DNA from: Macrostomum lignano
Taxonomy: Eukaryota
Length of the DNA: 64,000 nt
Direction: 5' to 3'
Assembly: GCA_002269645.1 (NCBI GenBank)
Contig: NIVC01000254.1
Span: 558,001 to 622,000 of the forward strand
Every line of letters begins with the position of its first letter. Position 1 is the first letter of the stretch. This document shows, piece by piece, positions 1-12,018 of this stretch. The notes beneath the pieces are model-generated. The model searched no databases. It had not been told where the DNA came from and saw only the letters and a list, made by a program, of their open reading frames with translations. A program made the translations under genes and the position numbers.

Positions 1-714
1 GCTAGAAAAGAGATTGCGTCGGAATGGAAGCTATCGCATTTCAATTGACAACAGGCTTTCCAATCCGAAAGCGTGTTACGATAAGAGTCCCTGGCCAGGC
101 CTTATGAAAAAAATGGCTGGATTTCGAGGCACGGAAGCAAACAAGAGAAAAATGGCATAATCTATAAGCATAAGATAAACAAATAGAAGATCAAATGCTG
201 AATAATTGCATGCCGGCCCCAAACGGTCAAACCGTGAAATATTAAAGCTTTCTACGATATAGTATAAGCTAAAATTTGAGCACAATATATGGGGCTATAA
301 TGCAGAGTTACCGGGGGCATTGTAGACTCAATTTAATCACTCAAGTCTCTATAGGGTGGGTCCGAGCCCAAGCGGAGGGGGTGAAGCACATAATAACCTT
401 TATGATTTGCTAAAAATGTCACTGTGGTTTATCGGTGCCATTATCATATCGGACTATACTCAAGTCACTGCGCGGTGTCAAGTGTTTGAGCACTCCAGAT
501 ATTGAGCTCAGTAACCAGAATTGAACTTATCAGTTCAAGATATGCAATTGGTTTCGAGTATTTTGACTGCGTGCGCTCAAAAAGTTTATTAAGTTTTTTT
601 AATCTGAGATTTTTTAAAGTCAATTACTGCAAAACTCGTATATTCAGGAATTGCATGGAGGATATACTCGTAATAGGATTCAGATATTAATGAAGACACA
701 AAACATGCACAGTA

Positions 715-1510
<796 letters not shown>

Positions 1511-2351
1511 GGGGTGAGAGTGGGAGAGATTGAGATGAGAGAAGTAGGAAGAGAGAATTAAGTAAGAAGAAGGTAAGGAAAGATCAAATACGTGAAGAGC
1601 TGAAGAAGAGACTGGGAGAAAAGCCAGAGCATAACTAAGAAAGCTTATCGTCTTAGCAAAAGAGTATAAGGACAAGAAGAAGACAATGGAATCGCAGTGA
1701 AGATCAACTCTCCAAGCTGTAGACAGGCAAGCATTGTTTACCCAACTCCAATCTGCCTATCAATCCAATTGTTTGTTTAAAAAAAGTTTATCAACCACGA
1801 CAAAAATGCGTTTTCATAAATTAATCTTTGTTTACGAGTATGGATATACGTTCCTATGAAACTTAACCGCAATATGCAAACAGCTATGGAAGAAGTGTGC
1901 CTTGTATATTATTACTATACTGAGCCCCCCCCCCCTGCGGCGTGGTGATTGCCATCTCGGGGTAAACTCCATATACGTATTAGCAATGACGCAACGATTC
2001 ACCATTGATAGTAAATGAAAATGTGATAAACTGTATATGGGACTAAACAGCTATACATAATCGGAGGTGAGAAACTTATCGAGTTCGAATCGTAAAACCG
2101 AACCGAAGCAAGATATTGAAAGATGGAATATTCATACATATAGCTTATTATGTAACTGTCCCATACAGTTATGTCCAGTTGCCTCTCGGGCAAATTTAGC
2201 AGGTTTTGTTGCATTTGTGCTTGCCCAACTGCAATTGCAATGCCAGGGGGCAGGATTGTTCCGAATTGCTTCTGACCCCATGCTGTTATTTATTTGGGAT
2301 ATTATTTGCGCATCTTTTTCTCAAGATTGGCGCCTGTGTGGAGATGGAATA

Positions 2352-3178
2352 GCGCCGTGGGAATCAATTGAGGCGCCGCCGGAAGCATTTGAGGCGCCGT
2401 GGGGATCATTTGAGGCGCCGTGGGAATCCATTGAGGTGCCGTGGGAATCAATTTAGGCGCTATGGAGATCATTTGAGGCGCCGTGGGGATCAACTAAGGC
2501 GCTGTGAGGATCATTTGAGGCGCCGCGGGAATCATTTGAGGCGCCGTGGGGATCATTTGAGGCGCCGCGGGAATCATTTGAGGTGACGTAGGGATCTATT
2601 AAGGCGCTGTGAGGATCATTTAAGGCGCCGTGGGGATCAAATGAGGCGCTGTTAGGATCAACTGAGGCGCTGTTGGGATCAATTGAGGCGCCGTGGGGAT
2701 CAATTGAGGCGCTGTTAGGATCAACTGAGGCGCTGTTGGGATCAATTGAGGCGCCGTGGGGATCAATTGAGGCGCTGTGGAGATCAATTGAGGCGCCGTT
2801 GGGATCAATTGAGGCGCCATGGGGATCAACTCAGGCATCATGGGGATCAACTGAGGCGCCGTTGGGATCAACTCAGGCATCATGGGGATCAATTGAGGCG
2901 CCGTTGGGATCAACTCAGGCATCATGGGGATCAACTGAGGCGCCGTTGGGATCAACTCAGGCATCATGGGGATCAACTGAGGCGCCGTTGGGATCAACTC
3001 AGGCATCATGGGGATCAATTGAGGCGCCGTTGGGATCAACTCAGGCATCATGGGGATCAACTGAGGCGCCGTTGGGATCAACTCAGGCATCATGGGGATC
3101 AATTGAGGCGCCGTTGGGATCAACTCAGGCATCATGGGGATCAACTGAGGCGCCGTGGGGATCAACTCAGGCACCGTG
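2352..3178. repeat. 21-bp minisatellite evolving into a 42-bp dimer
   Basis: Unit GAGGCGCCGTGGGGATCAATT; from ~2820 two variants alternate. Confidence 0.92.
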
Positions 3179-3511
3179 GAGAAGGGTTTCTAATCAAACT
3201 ACCATGGAAACAGGCTGAAGGTGAATAGAGCCCCAGGAGGTCAACCACTAGGCAGTTGCAAATCCTATAATCTACAGTGTTGCTATGTGGAAATCCGGTA
3301 TGGCAAGTTAATCCAATTTCAGTAATAGAAAGCCATCATTATTAACGGAGGCGTTTTCTCACCAGCAATGTCTGTTGCTATGTGGATAATAAACCATTAA
3401 AGCTTGGCACATTTCAGGGGATTTCACGTGAGAAATGGGGTGACTGCTTTACAGTTTGACTTCCATTCCTCAAATTTTCACTCACTTTCCCAAACACTGT
3501 TCCGAACTCCT

Positions 3512-5932
3512 TCTCCCATCTCTTTCCCATCTCTCTCCCATCTCTCTCCCATCTCTCAACCATCTCTCTCCCATCTCTCCCATCTCTATCCCATTTCTCT
3601 CTCATCTCTCTCCCATCTCTCTCCCATCTCTCTCCCATCTCTCCTATCTTTCCCATCTCTCTCCCATCTCTCTCCTATCTCTCTCCCATCTCTCCTATCT
3701 TTCCCATCTCTCTCCCATCTCTCTCCCATCTCTCTCCCATCTCTCCTTCCATTTGACTTCAATCTCTCTCCCATCTCTCTCCCATCTCACTCCCATCTCT
3801 CTCCCATCTCACTCCCATCTCTCTGCCATCTCTCTGACATCTCTCCCATCATCCCATCTCTCTCCCATCTCTCTCCCATCTCTCTCCTATCTCTCTCCCA
3901 TCTCTCCTATCTTTCCCATCTCTCTCCCATCTCTCTCCCATCTCTCTCCCATCTCTCCTATCTTTCCCATCTCTCTCCCATCTCTCTCCCATCTCTCTCC
4001 CATCTCTCCTTCTTTCCATCTCTCTCCCATCTCTCTCCCATCTCTCTCCCATCTCTCTCCCATCTCACTCTCCATCTCTCTCCCATCTCACTCCCATCTC
4101 TCTCCCATCTCACTCCCATCTCTCTGACATCTCTCCCATCATCCCATCTCTCTCCCATCTCTCTCCCATCTCTCTCCCATCTCTCTCCTATCTCTCTCCC
4201 ATCTCTCCTATCTTTCCCATCTCTCTCCCATCTCTCTCCCATCTCTCTCCCATCTCTCCTTCCATTTGACTTCAATCTCTCTCCCATCTCTCTCCCATCT
4301 CACTCCCATCTCTCTCCCATCTCTCTCCCATCTCTCTGCCATCTCTCTGACATCTCTCCCATCATCCCATCTCTCTCCCATCTCTCCTTCCATTTGACTT
4401 CAATCTCTCTCCATCTCTCTCCCATCTCACTCCCATCTCTCTCCCATCTCTCTCCTATCTCACTCCCATCTCTCTCCCATCTCTCTGACATCTCTCCCAT
4501 CATCCCATCTCTCTCCCATCTCTCCTTCCATTTGACTTCAATCTCTCTCCCATCTCTCTCATATCTCACTCCCATCTCTCTGACATCTCTCCCATCATCC
4601 CATCTCTCTCCCATCTCTCCTTCCATTTGACTTCAATCTCTCTCCCATCTCTCTCCCATCTCACTCCCATCTCTCTCCCATCTCTCTGACATCTCTCCCA
4701 TCATCCCATCTCTCTCCTATTTCTCATATCTCTCCTATCTCTCAACCATCTCTCTCCCATCTCTCCCATCTCTATCCCATTTCTCTCTCATCTCTCTCCA
4801 ATCTCTCTCCCATCTCTCTCCCATCTCTCCTATCTTTCCCATCTCTCTCCCATCTCTCAACCATCTCTCTCCCATCTCTCCCATCTCTATCTCATTTCTC
4901 TCTCATCTCTCTCCCATCTCTCTCCCATCTCTCTCCCATCTCTCTCCCATCTCACTCCCATCTCTCTCCCATCTCTCTGACATCTCTCCCATCATCCCAT
5001 CTCTCTCCTATTTCTCCCATTTCTCTCTCATCTCTCTCCCATCTCTTTCCCATCTCTCTCCCATCTCTCCTATCTTTCCCATCTCTCTCCCATCTGTCTC
5101 CTATCTCTCTCCCATCTCTCCTATCTTTCCCATCTCTCTCCCATCTCTCTCCTATCTCTCTCCCATCTCTCCTATCTTTCCCATCTCTCTCCCATCTCTC
5201 AACCATCTCTCTCCCATCTGTCCCATCTCTATCTCATTTCTCTCTCATCTCTCTCCCATCTCTCTCCCATCTCTCTCCCATCTCTTTTCCCTCTCCAATC
5301 TCTTTTCCATCTCTCTCTTATCTCTCTCCTATCTCTCTCCCATCTCTCTCCTATCTCTCTCCTATCTCTTTTCCCTCTCCAATCTCTTTCCCATCTCTCT
5401 TCCATCTCTCTCCCATCTCTCCCCCATCTCTCTTCCATCTCTCTCCCATCTCTCTCCCATCTCTCTCCCATCTCTCCTATCTTTCCCATCTCTCTCCTAT
5501 CTCTCAACCATCTCTCTCCCATCTCTCCCATCTCTATTTCATTTCTCTCTCATCTCTCTCCCATCTCTCTCCCATCTCTCTCCCATCTCTCTCCCATCTC
5601 TCTTCCATCTCTCTCCCATCTCTCTCCCATCTCTTTTCCATCTCTCTCCCATCTCTCTCCCATCTCTCTCCCATCTCTTTTCCCTCTCCAATCTCTTTTC
5701 CATCTCTCTCCTATCTCTCTCCTATCTCTCTCCCATCTCTCTCCTATCTCTCTCCCATCTCTTTTCCCTCTCCAATCTCTTTCCCATCTCTCTTCCATCT
5801 CTCTCCCATCTCTCCCCCATCTCTCTTCCATCTCTCTCCCATCTCTCTCCCATCTCTCTCCCATCTCTCTCCCATCTCTCTCCCATCCCTCTCCAATCTC
5901 TCTCTCATCTCTCTCCCATTTCTGCCATCTCA
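3512..5932. repeat. 11-bp polypyrimidine minisatellite (TCTCTCCCATC)n
   Basis: Direct reading, ~2.4 kb, with higher-order blocks marked by CCATTTGACTTCAAT. Confidence 0.95.
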
Positions 5933-6012
5933 TCTACATGTTTAGATGTATTCTTTCAACGCATTTTCAACTTCAACTTTGCAACTTAAAGCCTATATCT
6001 TATGCATGCAAG

Positions 6013-6692
6013 TGTTGGGCTGCGCCCTTCCAGTGTGTATGTACTCGTACTTTTGTTTTCAGTTTTCATGCCACCCCGCCCCGTCCCCCGTCTCGCGCCC
6101 GGGCCAGGGTTTGTGAGAGGCGTAAGTCTCAACCCTGGCCTAGCCCTTTGCACCCAGCCCCCGGCCCAATCTCTGTCCAATCTGGGTGCCCCCCCCCTCC
6201 CTCGTTGCCCGCCTCACCCTGGGGCTGCTCGTATTGGCTGGCTGGCTGATAAGCCGGCTGGGCCCCAGGGTTTGGCTCGCCGTCTCCATTCTGCCCCACC
6301 CCTCCCCCTTTTTTGTGTATTATTTAAATGCTAGCCCTGAGCGGGCTGCGCTCCACGGGGCTCTCTATTGGTGTCCGCTTCGTTCTTACTGTTTTTGCGT
6401 TCATCGGCGTACCTCTGCTTCGTGCCAATAAACGCTTCGTTAGTAACTCGATATATCAAGGAGAGGTGAGCTCGAGCTTTCGTTCTTCTGGGTTGCCGCG
6501 TGGGGCCGGGATCTGCAGGGACCTGGGGACGGTGAACTCTCGCCGATCCCAGGGTGTTCGGTCAGGCGAACTCTCGCCGAACCGAGCGAGACAGGGTAGG
6601 AATAGCCGGGGTGAGGGCTGGGACCGGGGTGTCTCAGGCGGGGAGGGCCCGAACCTTGACCCGTCCAGCGGCCATTAGGCCGAGACACAACA
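6013..6692 (+). repeat. 5' LTR (680 bp)
   Basis: By-eye identical to 13935-14613 except CTCCACGGGG here versus CTCCACGGG. TATA-like TATTTAAA at 6321-6328 and AATAAA at 6427-6432. Confidence 0.97.
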
Positions 6693-6694
6693 AG

Positions 6695-6712
6695 TGGTGC
6701 CGTGACCAGGAT
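6695..6712 (+). promoter_or_regulatory. Primer-binding site complementary to tRNA-His(GTG) 3' end
   Basis: TGGTGCCGTGACCAGGAT starts 2 nt after the LTR end. It is the reverse complement of ...ATCCTGGTCACGGCA-CCA, the 3' end of invertebrate tRNA-His (recalled from memory). Confidence 0.88.
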
Positions 6713-6816
6713 CAGCGGTCCTCTCCCCTGCTGTCCTGCCGTGTGTTTAGGGTTGTGTGTGTTGCCTAGTTTATTTGTGTGTTGTTTGCTTCGGTTGTCT
6801 CTGTGTTTTTGTAGCC

Positions 6817-7797
6817 ATGGCCAATTTAGACGATCTGATTGACGCCCTGACGGCGCGTCTGCAAAACGAACTTAATGTGGCACAGCGGGTGCCGAGGCCA
6901 AATAAGTACGTGCCCACACAGGACTTTGCCCTTTGGATGCAACAATTCACAGGGTATTGTGAGGCGGCTCATATTCTAGGGGATCAGCGCAAGCAGGCGC
7001 TGCTCAGTCTGCTTGACTTTAATACTGCTTTTAAGGCTGTTGCGAATCTTGAGTTGGCCGATGATTTGCCGTATGATGAGTTTGTTGAGCAGCTAGAAGC
7101 TAGGTTTGATGAGAATAGGACTGCTCAAGATTACAAGACCGAGTTCCAGAGTAGGAATCAGAAAGATGGCGAGCCCATTGAAGAATATGCAGACGTGCTC
7201 AAGGAGCTTATGAGAAAATCGTACCCAATGCTGCCAGCGGCCCAGCGAGAAGAGTTGGTGAAAGACAGGTTTTTGAAGGGGATTCGGGTGCCAGCCCGGG
7301 TGCTGGAGAGCGTGCTGCTGCAAGCGCCAGAGACGCTCCAGGACGCTATTAGGCGGGTGCGTCAAGTGAGGGCATCGTTGGCTCTGATGGAGCCTGAGGG
7401 TAAGCGAGCTGTGCACATGGTGGGGGGTCAGGCCGCAGCGGCTGGCAACAGCCAGGAGTCCAGGGCAGCCGCCGAGATAGCAGCTCTGAAAGCGGAAGTG
7501 GCTCAGCTAAAAGCAAGTGCTGCAGCGCCCACTGCGCCGATGGCGACAGCAAGGTCTGAGCAGCCAAAAGTGAGCTTGCAGCATCGAGCCCCTGAGCAGA
7601 GTCAGCAGCAGAGGCAGTGTGGTCGGTGCCTGCAGACAGGGCATACTACGGCTCGGTGCCGTAATGCAGTGGTCTGCCGGGAGTGTGGCCAGTCAGGGCA
7701 CATGCGCAACCGCTGCTATCGTCGGTGGGACCAGTCGGGTTCGGGAAACGGATTGGGGGCTCGGCCGGGGCACCCGTCCGGGCCCCAGCGTCAGTGA
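6817..7797 (+). CDS. gag: Gag (retrotransposon capsid plus two CCHC zinc knuckles)
   Basis: ATG in GCCATGG context at 6817 (MANLDDL...). Capsid-like region with FQSRNQKDGEPIEEY and LVKDRFLKG. Knuckles CGRCLQTGHTTARC and CRECGQSGHMRNRC. Confidence 0.93.
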   Translation: MANLDDLIDALTARLQNELNVAQRVPRPNKYVPTQDFALWMQQFTGYCEAAHILGDQRKQALLSLLDFNTAFKAVANLELADDLPYDEFVEQLEARFDENRTAQDYKTEFQSRNQKDGEPIEEYADVLKELMRKSYPMLPAAQREELVKDRFLKGIRVPARVLESVLLQAPETLQDAIRRVRQVRASLALMEPEGKRAVHMVGGQAAAAGNSQESRAAAEIAALKAEVAQLKASAAAPTAPMATARSEQPKVSLQHRAPEQSQQQRQCGRCLQTGHTTARCRNAVVCRECGQSGHMRNRCYRRWDQSGSGNGLGARPGHPSGPQRQ

Positions 7798-10700
7798 ATC
7801 CGGGTGCATCGGGGGCCGCGGCCTTGTCCCAGAGTGTGCTGAGTCGGCAGGGACTGGGCTATGTGGATGCACAGTTTAGGTTTGGGCCCCCGATTGCATG
7901 TCTGCTGGACAGCGGGGCCACCGTGTCGTTGTTAAGCAACCGTTTCCTGAAGTCTAGAAAAGCCGACATTGACTTATCGCCGAATTTGCCGAATTTTTCC
8001 GTTTTCGCTGCCAATGGGGAACCGATTGCTGTACATGGAATGGTGACGATGAAGTTTTCTGTTGGGGACACCGAGTTTTTGCACGAGTTCGCTGTGGTCG
8101 AGGAACTGGCTGTGGCATGTATTCTGGGCACTGACTTTTTCGTGAGACACGGGATGGCGATTGACTTTGCTAGGAATTGCTTGCAGACTGCATCCTGTGT
8201 GTATCCGTTTCGCTTATCAGCAGATAAGCCGCGTCTTTGCCGTCTGGTGCTGAGTCAGCCTGAGCAGTTCAATGCAGGTCAAGAGAAGGTGGTGCACGTC
8301 AGGTTGCAGAGAAGGGTTCCCTCTGGGGTTCAGTTCCTAGGCATTGTGGAGTCTGAGAGGAGAGTGAGTAACGAGCAGATGGTGGCCAGATCGGTACAGA
8401 TGCCTGACGGGGACGGTCGCTTGGCTGTCAGGGTGTTGAACACGTCAGGATGCAGTCTGTCATTAAGGAAGGGAAGCCGAATTGGTTGGTTCTCCCCAGT
8501 GGCGGCCCAGCAGCCAGCTGGGTGGCAGGTGAACTCGGTGGAGAGTGTCCGAGACGACTGGAACCCCCTCAGCGATGTCAAGGAGTGGGGAGGATGTGGC
8601 CTGACGGGCGATGAGAAGCACGAGTTTGAGCGCCTGATGGCTCGGAATCGTGATGTCTTTGCCAGGGATAGCTCGGAGTTGGGACAGTCACACTTGATGG
8701 CGCATGAGATTGACACCGGCAACGCCAAGCCAGTAAGTCAGCCCGCGCGTAGGATTCCACCGCGCTGGAAGGAGGAAATTGATAAGCAGGTTGATGAGTT
8801 GTTGCAGCAGGATCGCATCTATCCCTGCTACTCTCCGTGGGCGAGCCCGATCGTGCCGGTTAAAAAGGCCGACGGTAGCTTGAGGTTGTGTCTAGACTAT
8901 CGGCGCCTTAACGAGGTCACAGTGCCAGATCCTTACCCACCGCCGCGGATGGACGAGACGCTTGATGCGCTAGGAGGGAACTGTGTTTTCTCGACGATGG
9001 ATCTGGCCTCCGGCTATCATCAGTGCCCGATTGAGCCGAAGGACCAGTTGAAAACGGCGTTCGTGGTACCCAACAGGGGTCAGTTCGCCTGGAAGTGCAT
9101 GAGTTTTGGCTTGCGCAATGCTCCCGCTACGTTCGCCAGGCTAATGTCTATGGCCCTGTCTGAGGTTAACTGGAAGGAGTGCCTGGTGTACTTTGACGAT
9201 ATAGTCGTGTTCGCCAAGTCGGTGGGTCAGCATCTCGAGCGATTGAAGCATGTTTTCCAGTGCCTGAGGGATGCCAATGTCAAGCTGAAGCCCGCCAAGT
9301 GTGTGTTCCTCGCAGAGCGGGTGAAGTTTCTGGGCCACATCGTCTCTCAGGAGGGGATCGCAACGGACCCGAGCAAGTGCGAGGAGATCCAGAATTGGCC
9401 GAGGCCATGTAGCGCCAAGAAGGTGCAGGCATTCCTGGGTACGTGCGCCTACTATCAGTCATTTATCCCGCAGTTTTCGGAGATTGCAGCGCCGCTGTAT
9501 AGGTTAACCGCAGACGGAGTGAAGTTTGAGTGGGGTAGTGAAGAGGAGAGTTCGTTTTGCAGGCTGAAAGACGCTTTGTGTTCACCGAATGTGATGGCAT
9601 TCCCGGATTTTTCGCCTGGTGCCGGGGAGTTCATCCTCGACACGGACGCCAGTTCGCGCGTCGGGCTGGGAGCCGTCCTGTCACAGCGTCAAGCAGATGG
9701 CCGTGAGAAGGTGATCGCTTACGGGTCTAGGATGATTCATGCGGCGGAGAAAAATTATTGCACCACCAGGTTAGAGTTGCTTGCCGTCGTGCACTTCGTC
9801 AAAAAGTATAGGTACTATTTGTTAGGTAGAAAGTTCACTGTTCGTTCAGACCACAAAGCTTTGCAGTGGCTAGCCAGTCTGAAGGACGTAGAGGGTCAGT
9901 GCGCAATGTGGCTTGAGTCGCTCCAGAACTTCGACTTTGAGATCATTCACAGGCCAGGCAAGGAGCACGGCAACGCTGATTCGCTGTCTCGCAAGTACCG
10001 AAAACACGCTGGCCATGAGAGCTGCCCTAGCTGCCAGTTTAGCGAGAATGTGCCAGTAGTGAACGCGGTGTTTGGCAGTGGGCTGTCTTCGAAGGAAGTC
10101 CAGCAGGCGCAAGTGGCCGAGAAGAAGCTTGCAGCTGTCCGCTCCTATGCCCTGGACCCGGGTTCGAACCCCAGTGCGCCTAGAGTGATGTCGTGGGAGG
10201 AGCGTGTGCTGTGGGCACAACGGCAGCTGATAAGAGTAGAGTCTGATCTGTTGTATTTTCAGAGTCCCGGGAGTGGGTGCCAGAAAAAGATCTTGCTGCC
10301 GCCGGCTTTGCTGCCGAAAGTGCTCAGTGAGCTTCATGATGGGGTTGCAGGAGGGCACCTTGGGGTTAGGAAGACACAAGAGAAAGTGAAGGCGAGATAC
10401 TGGTGGCCGGGGCTGAGTCGTTCCGTGGAAGAGTATTGCCGGAGCTGTGTCCACTGTGCGAAGGCGAAGCCTTGGCGCAGCAACCGGGCGCCTTTGCAGC
10501 CAATCTGCTCGGAAGGAGCTTTCCAGAGGATCATGAGTGACATTGTCGGGCCGTTGCCCAAGTCCAGAGGTGGCAATCGATTCGTGCTGACAATCCAGGA
10601 TTCTTTTACTAAGTGGCCGGTGGCGGTGCCCTTGTCCAATCAGCGAGCCCCGACGGTGGCGCGAGCGATTTTTGATCACTGGATTGCGCACTTTGGTTGT

Positions 10701-11681
10701 CCTGAATTTCTAGTCACCGATAAGGGCACCAATTTTGAGTCGGCTTTGATGAAGCAGTTGTGTCGGTTGCTTGCCGTTAAGAAATGCAGAACGTCCTCCT
10801 ATCACCCGATGGCTGATGGTCAGGCTGAGAGTTTCAATAAGACGTTGAAGTCAATGATCAAGTGCAGGATGAGTGAGTCGGTGGGCGAAGGAGACTGGGA
10901 GGATCTGATCCACCCGTCTCTCATGGCGTACCGTAGCAGCGTTCACAGAGGCACGGGGTACACCCCGTACTACATGCTGTACGCCAGGGAGATGCGGCTT
11001 CCAGTGGACATTGGAACCTTGCCTGAGTCCATTCCTGCCAGTGCTCCGGCGTATGTTCAGTCATTAGGTAATAGTCTGGCTGAGGCTCATTCGCAGGTGC
11101 GGACCAACCTGCAGCAGTACCAGAGGAAACAGAAAGTGCTGTACGACTCAAGGGTGCGAGGCCCGGCCATAGAAGTTGGGGATGCCGTCCTAGAATACTC
11201 GCCTGCGCTGCAGGCAGGGGAGGCAGCCAAGTTCCATTGCAATTGGAAGGGGCCGGCGAAGGTGTTAGAGAAGATATCCGATTTGAATTACCGGGTAAAG
11301 CACGCCAATAGGGGAAAGAGCAAAATAGTGCATTATAATAATTTGCGAAAAGTACCCGAGCGGCCTGAGCAGTTCAGGTTGATGAATAGGCATACGGCAG
11401 TGCAGCGCCGGTCGGCGCATCCGCCTGAGCCGGCAGGGTGCATACAGGAGCCCGCGGGGCCGGCGACTAAAGAGCCGGAACTTGAGGAGGAGGAGGAGTT
11501 TTACTCGTATGTGGTGCCACCAGTTGCCGTTGGGCCTCGGCATGGGATAGTAGGGCCGGGAACGCCAGTTGCGCCATGCGCACCGGTGGCTCCAGCGGCG
11601 CCAGCCGTGTCTCCGCGCAGACTGCGCGAGCGTCGGGGTGTGCCCCCAGCGTATTACGGGAATCCGGTATTGTATCGTTAA
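7683..11681 (+). CDS. pol: Pol polyprotein (protease, RT, RNase H, integrase), -1 frame relative to gag
   Basis: Uninterrupted 1332-codon ORF. Protease LLDSGA; RT LDYRRLN...YFDD; RNase H LDTDAS...ELLAVV...SDHKAL; integrase HDGVAGGH...CRSCVHC, DIVGP/TDKG/AESFN and WKGP (GPY/F-like). Confidence 0.97.
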   Translation: MWPVRAHAQPLLSSVGPVGFGKRIGGSAGAPVRAPASVNPGASGAAALSQSVLSRQGLGYVDAQFRFGPPIACLLDSGATVSLLSNRFLKSRKADIDLSPNLPNFSVFAANGEPIAVHGMVTMKFSVGDTEFLHEFAVVEELAVACILGTDFFVRHGMAIDFARNCLQTASCVYPFRLSADKPRLCRLVLSQPEQFNAGQEKVVHVRLQRRVPSGVQFLGIVESERRVSNEQMVARSVQMPDGDGRLAVRVLNTSGCSLSLRKGSRIGWFSPVAAQQPAGWQVNSVESVRDDWNPLSDVKEWGGCGLTGDEKHEFERLMARNRDVFARDSSELGQSHLMAHEIDTGNAKPVSQPARRIPPRWKEEIDKQVDELLQQDRIYPCYSPWASPIVPVKKADGSLRLCLDYRRLNEVTVPDPYPPPRMDETLDALGGNCVFSTMDLASGYHQCPIEPKDQLKTAFVVPNRGQFAWKCMSFGLRNAPATFARLMSMALSEVNWKECLVYFDDIVVFAKSVGQHLERLKHVFQCLRDANVKLKPAKCVFLAERVKFLGHIVSQEGIATDPSKCEEIQNWPRPCSAKKVQAFLGTCAYYQSFIPQFSEIAAPLYRLTADGVKFEWGSEEESSFCRLKDALCSPNVMAFPDFSPGAGEFILDTDASSRVGLGAVLSQRQADGREKVIAYGSRMIHAAEKNYCTTRLELLAVVHFVKKYRYYLLGRKFTVRSDHKALQWLASLKDVEGQCAMWLESLQNFDFEIIHRPGKEHGNADSLSRKYRKHAGHESCPSCQFSENVPVVNAVFGSGLSSKEVQQAQVAEKKLAAVRSYALDPGSNPSAPRVMSWEERVLWAQRQLIRVESDLLYFQSPGSGCQKKILLPPALLPKVLSELHDGVAGGHLGVRKTQEKVKARYWWPGLSRSVEEYCRSCVHCAKAKPWRSNRAPLQPICSEGAFQRIMSDIVGPLPKSRGGNRFVLTIQDSFTKWPVAVPLSNQRAPTVARAIFDHWIAHFGCPEFLVTDKGTNFESALMKQLCRLLAVKKCRTSSYHPMADGQAESFNKTLKSMIKCRMSESVGEGDWEDLIHPSLMAYRSSVHRGTGYTPYYMLYAREMRLPVDIGTLPESIPASAPAYVQSLGNSLAEAHSQVRTNLQQYQRKQKVLYDSRVRGPAIEVGDAVLEYSPALQAGEAAKFHCNWKGPAKVLEKISDLNYRVKHANRGKSKIVHYNNLRKVPERPEQFRLMNRHTAVQRRSAHPPEPAGCIQEPAGPATKEPELEEEEEFYSYVVPPVAVGPRHGIVGPGTPVAPCAPVAPAAPAVSPRRLRERRGVPPAYYGNPVLYR
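7743..7807 (+). promoter_or_regulatory. -1 ribosomal frameshift signal: G GGA AAC heptamer plus H-type pseudoknot
   Basis: Heptamer 7743-7749 is in the gag frame, followed by a 6-nt spacer. Stem 1: 7756-7764 GGGGCTCGG with 7778-7786 CCGGGCCCC. Stem 2: 7770-7776 GCACCCG with 7801-7807 CGGGTGC. Confidence 0.85.
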
Positions 11682-12018
11682 TTCGCAGTGGGCTCACAAG
11701 GCGGTCGTCATAAATTGATTTTTAATATGCACTTGTATTAATGCCTCCACGCTGTTGTCTATGGTAGAAAGCCTAAAATAACCTAAAATGAAAAAAATGA
11801 TACAACCCCAAAGCACAAAAAAATCATAAAATGGAACGCATGGAAAGCACGTAAAAAACATTAAATGTATTAAAATTACAAAGTATGCTAGGCAAGAAGC
11901 GTTCTCAATCGTATTGTAAAATAAACATGTCATAGGATGGGTCAGGTCAGGGTCACAGTTGCTAGTCCGCAAGGCATAGGTAGTGATTGGGTTTAAATGT
12001 CATCATTGCAGGAGGACC

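Noticed and set aside
12011-12016. GGAGGA Shine-Dalgarno-like motif before the ORF3 ATG, suggesting bacterial origin
   Set aside because: It is a short motif with only 2 nt spacing to the ATG, inside a eukaryotic element. It is chance-level evidence, and the origin needs phylogeny.
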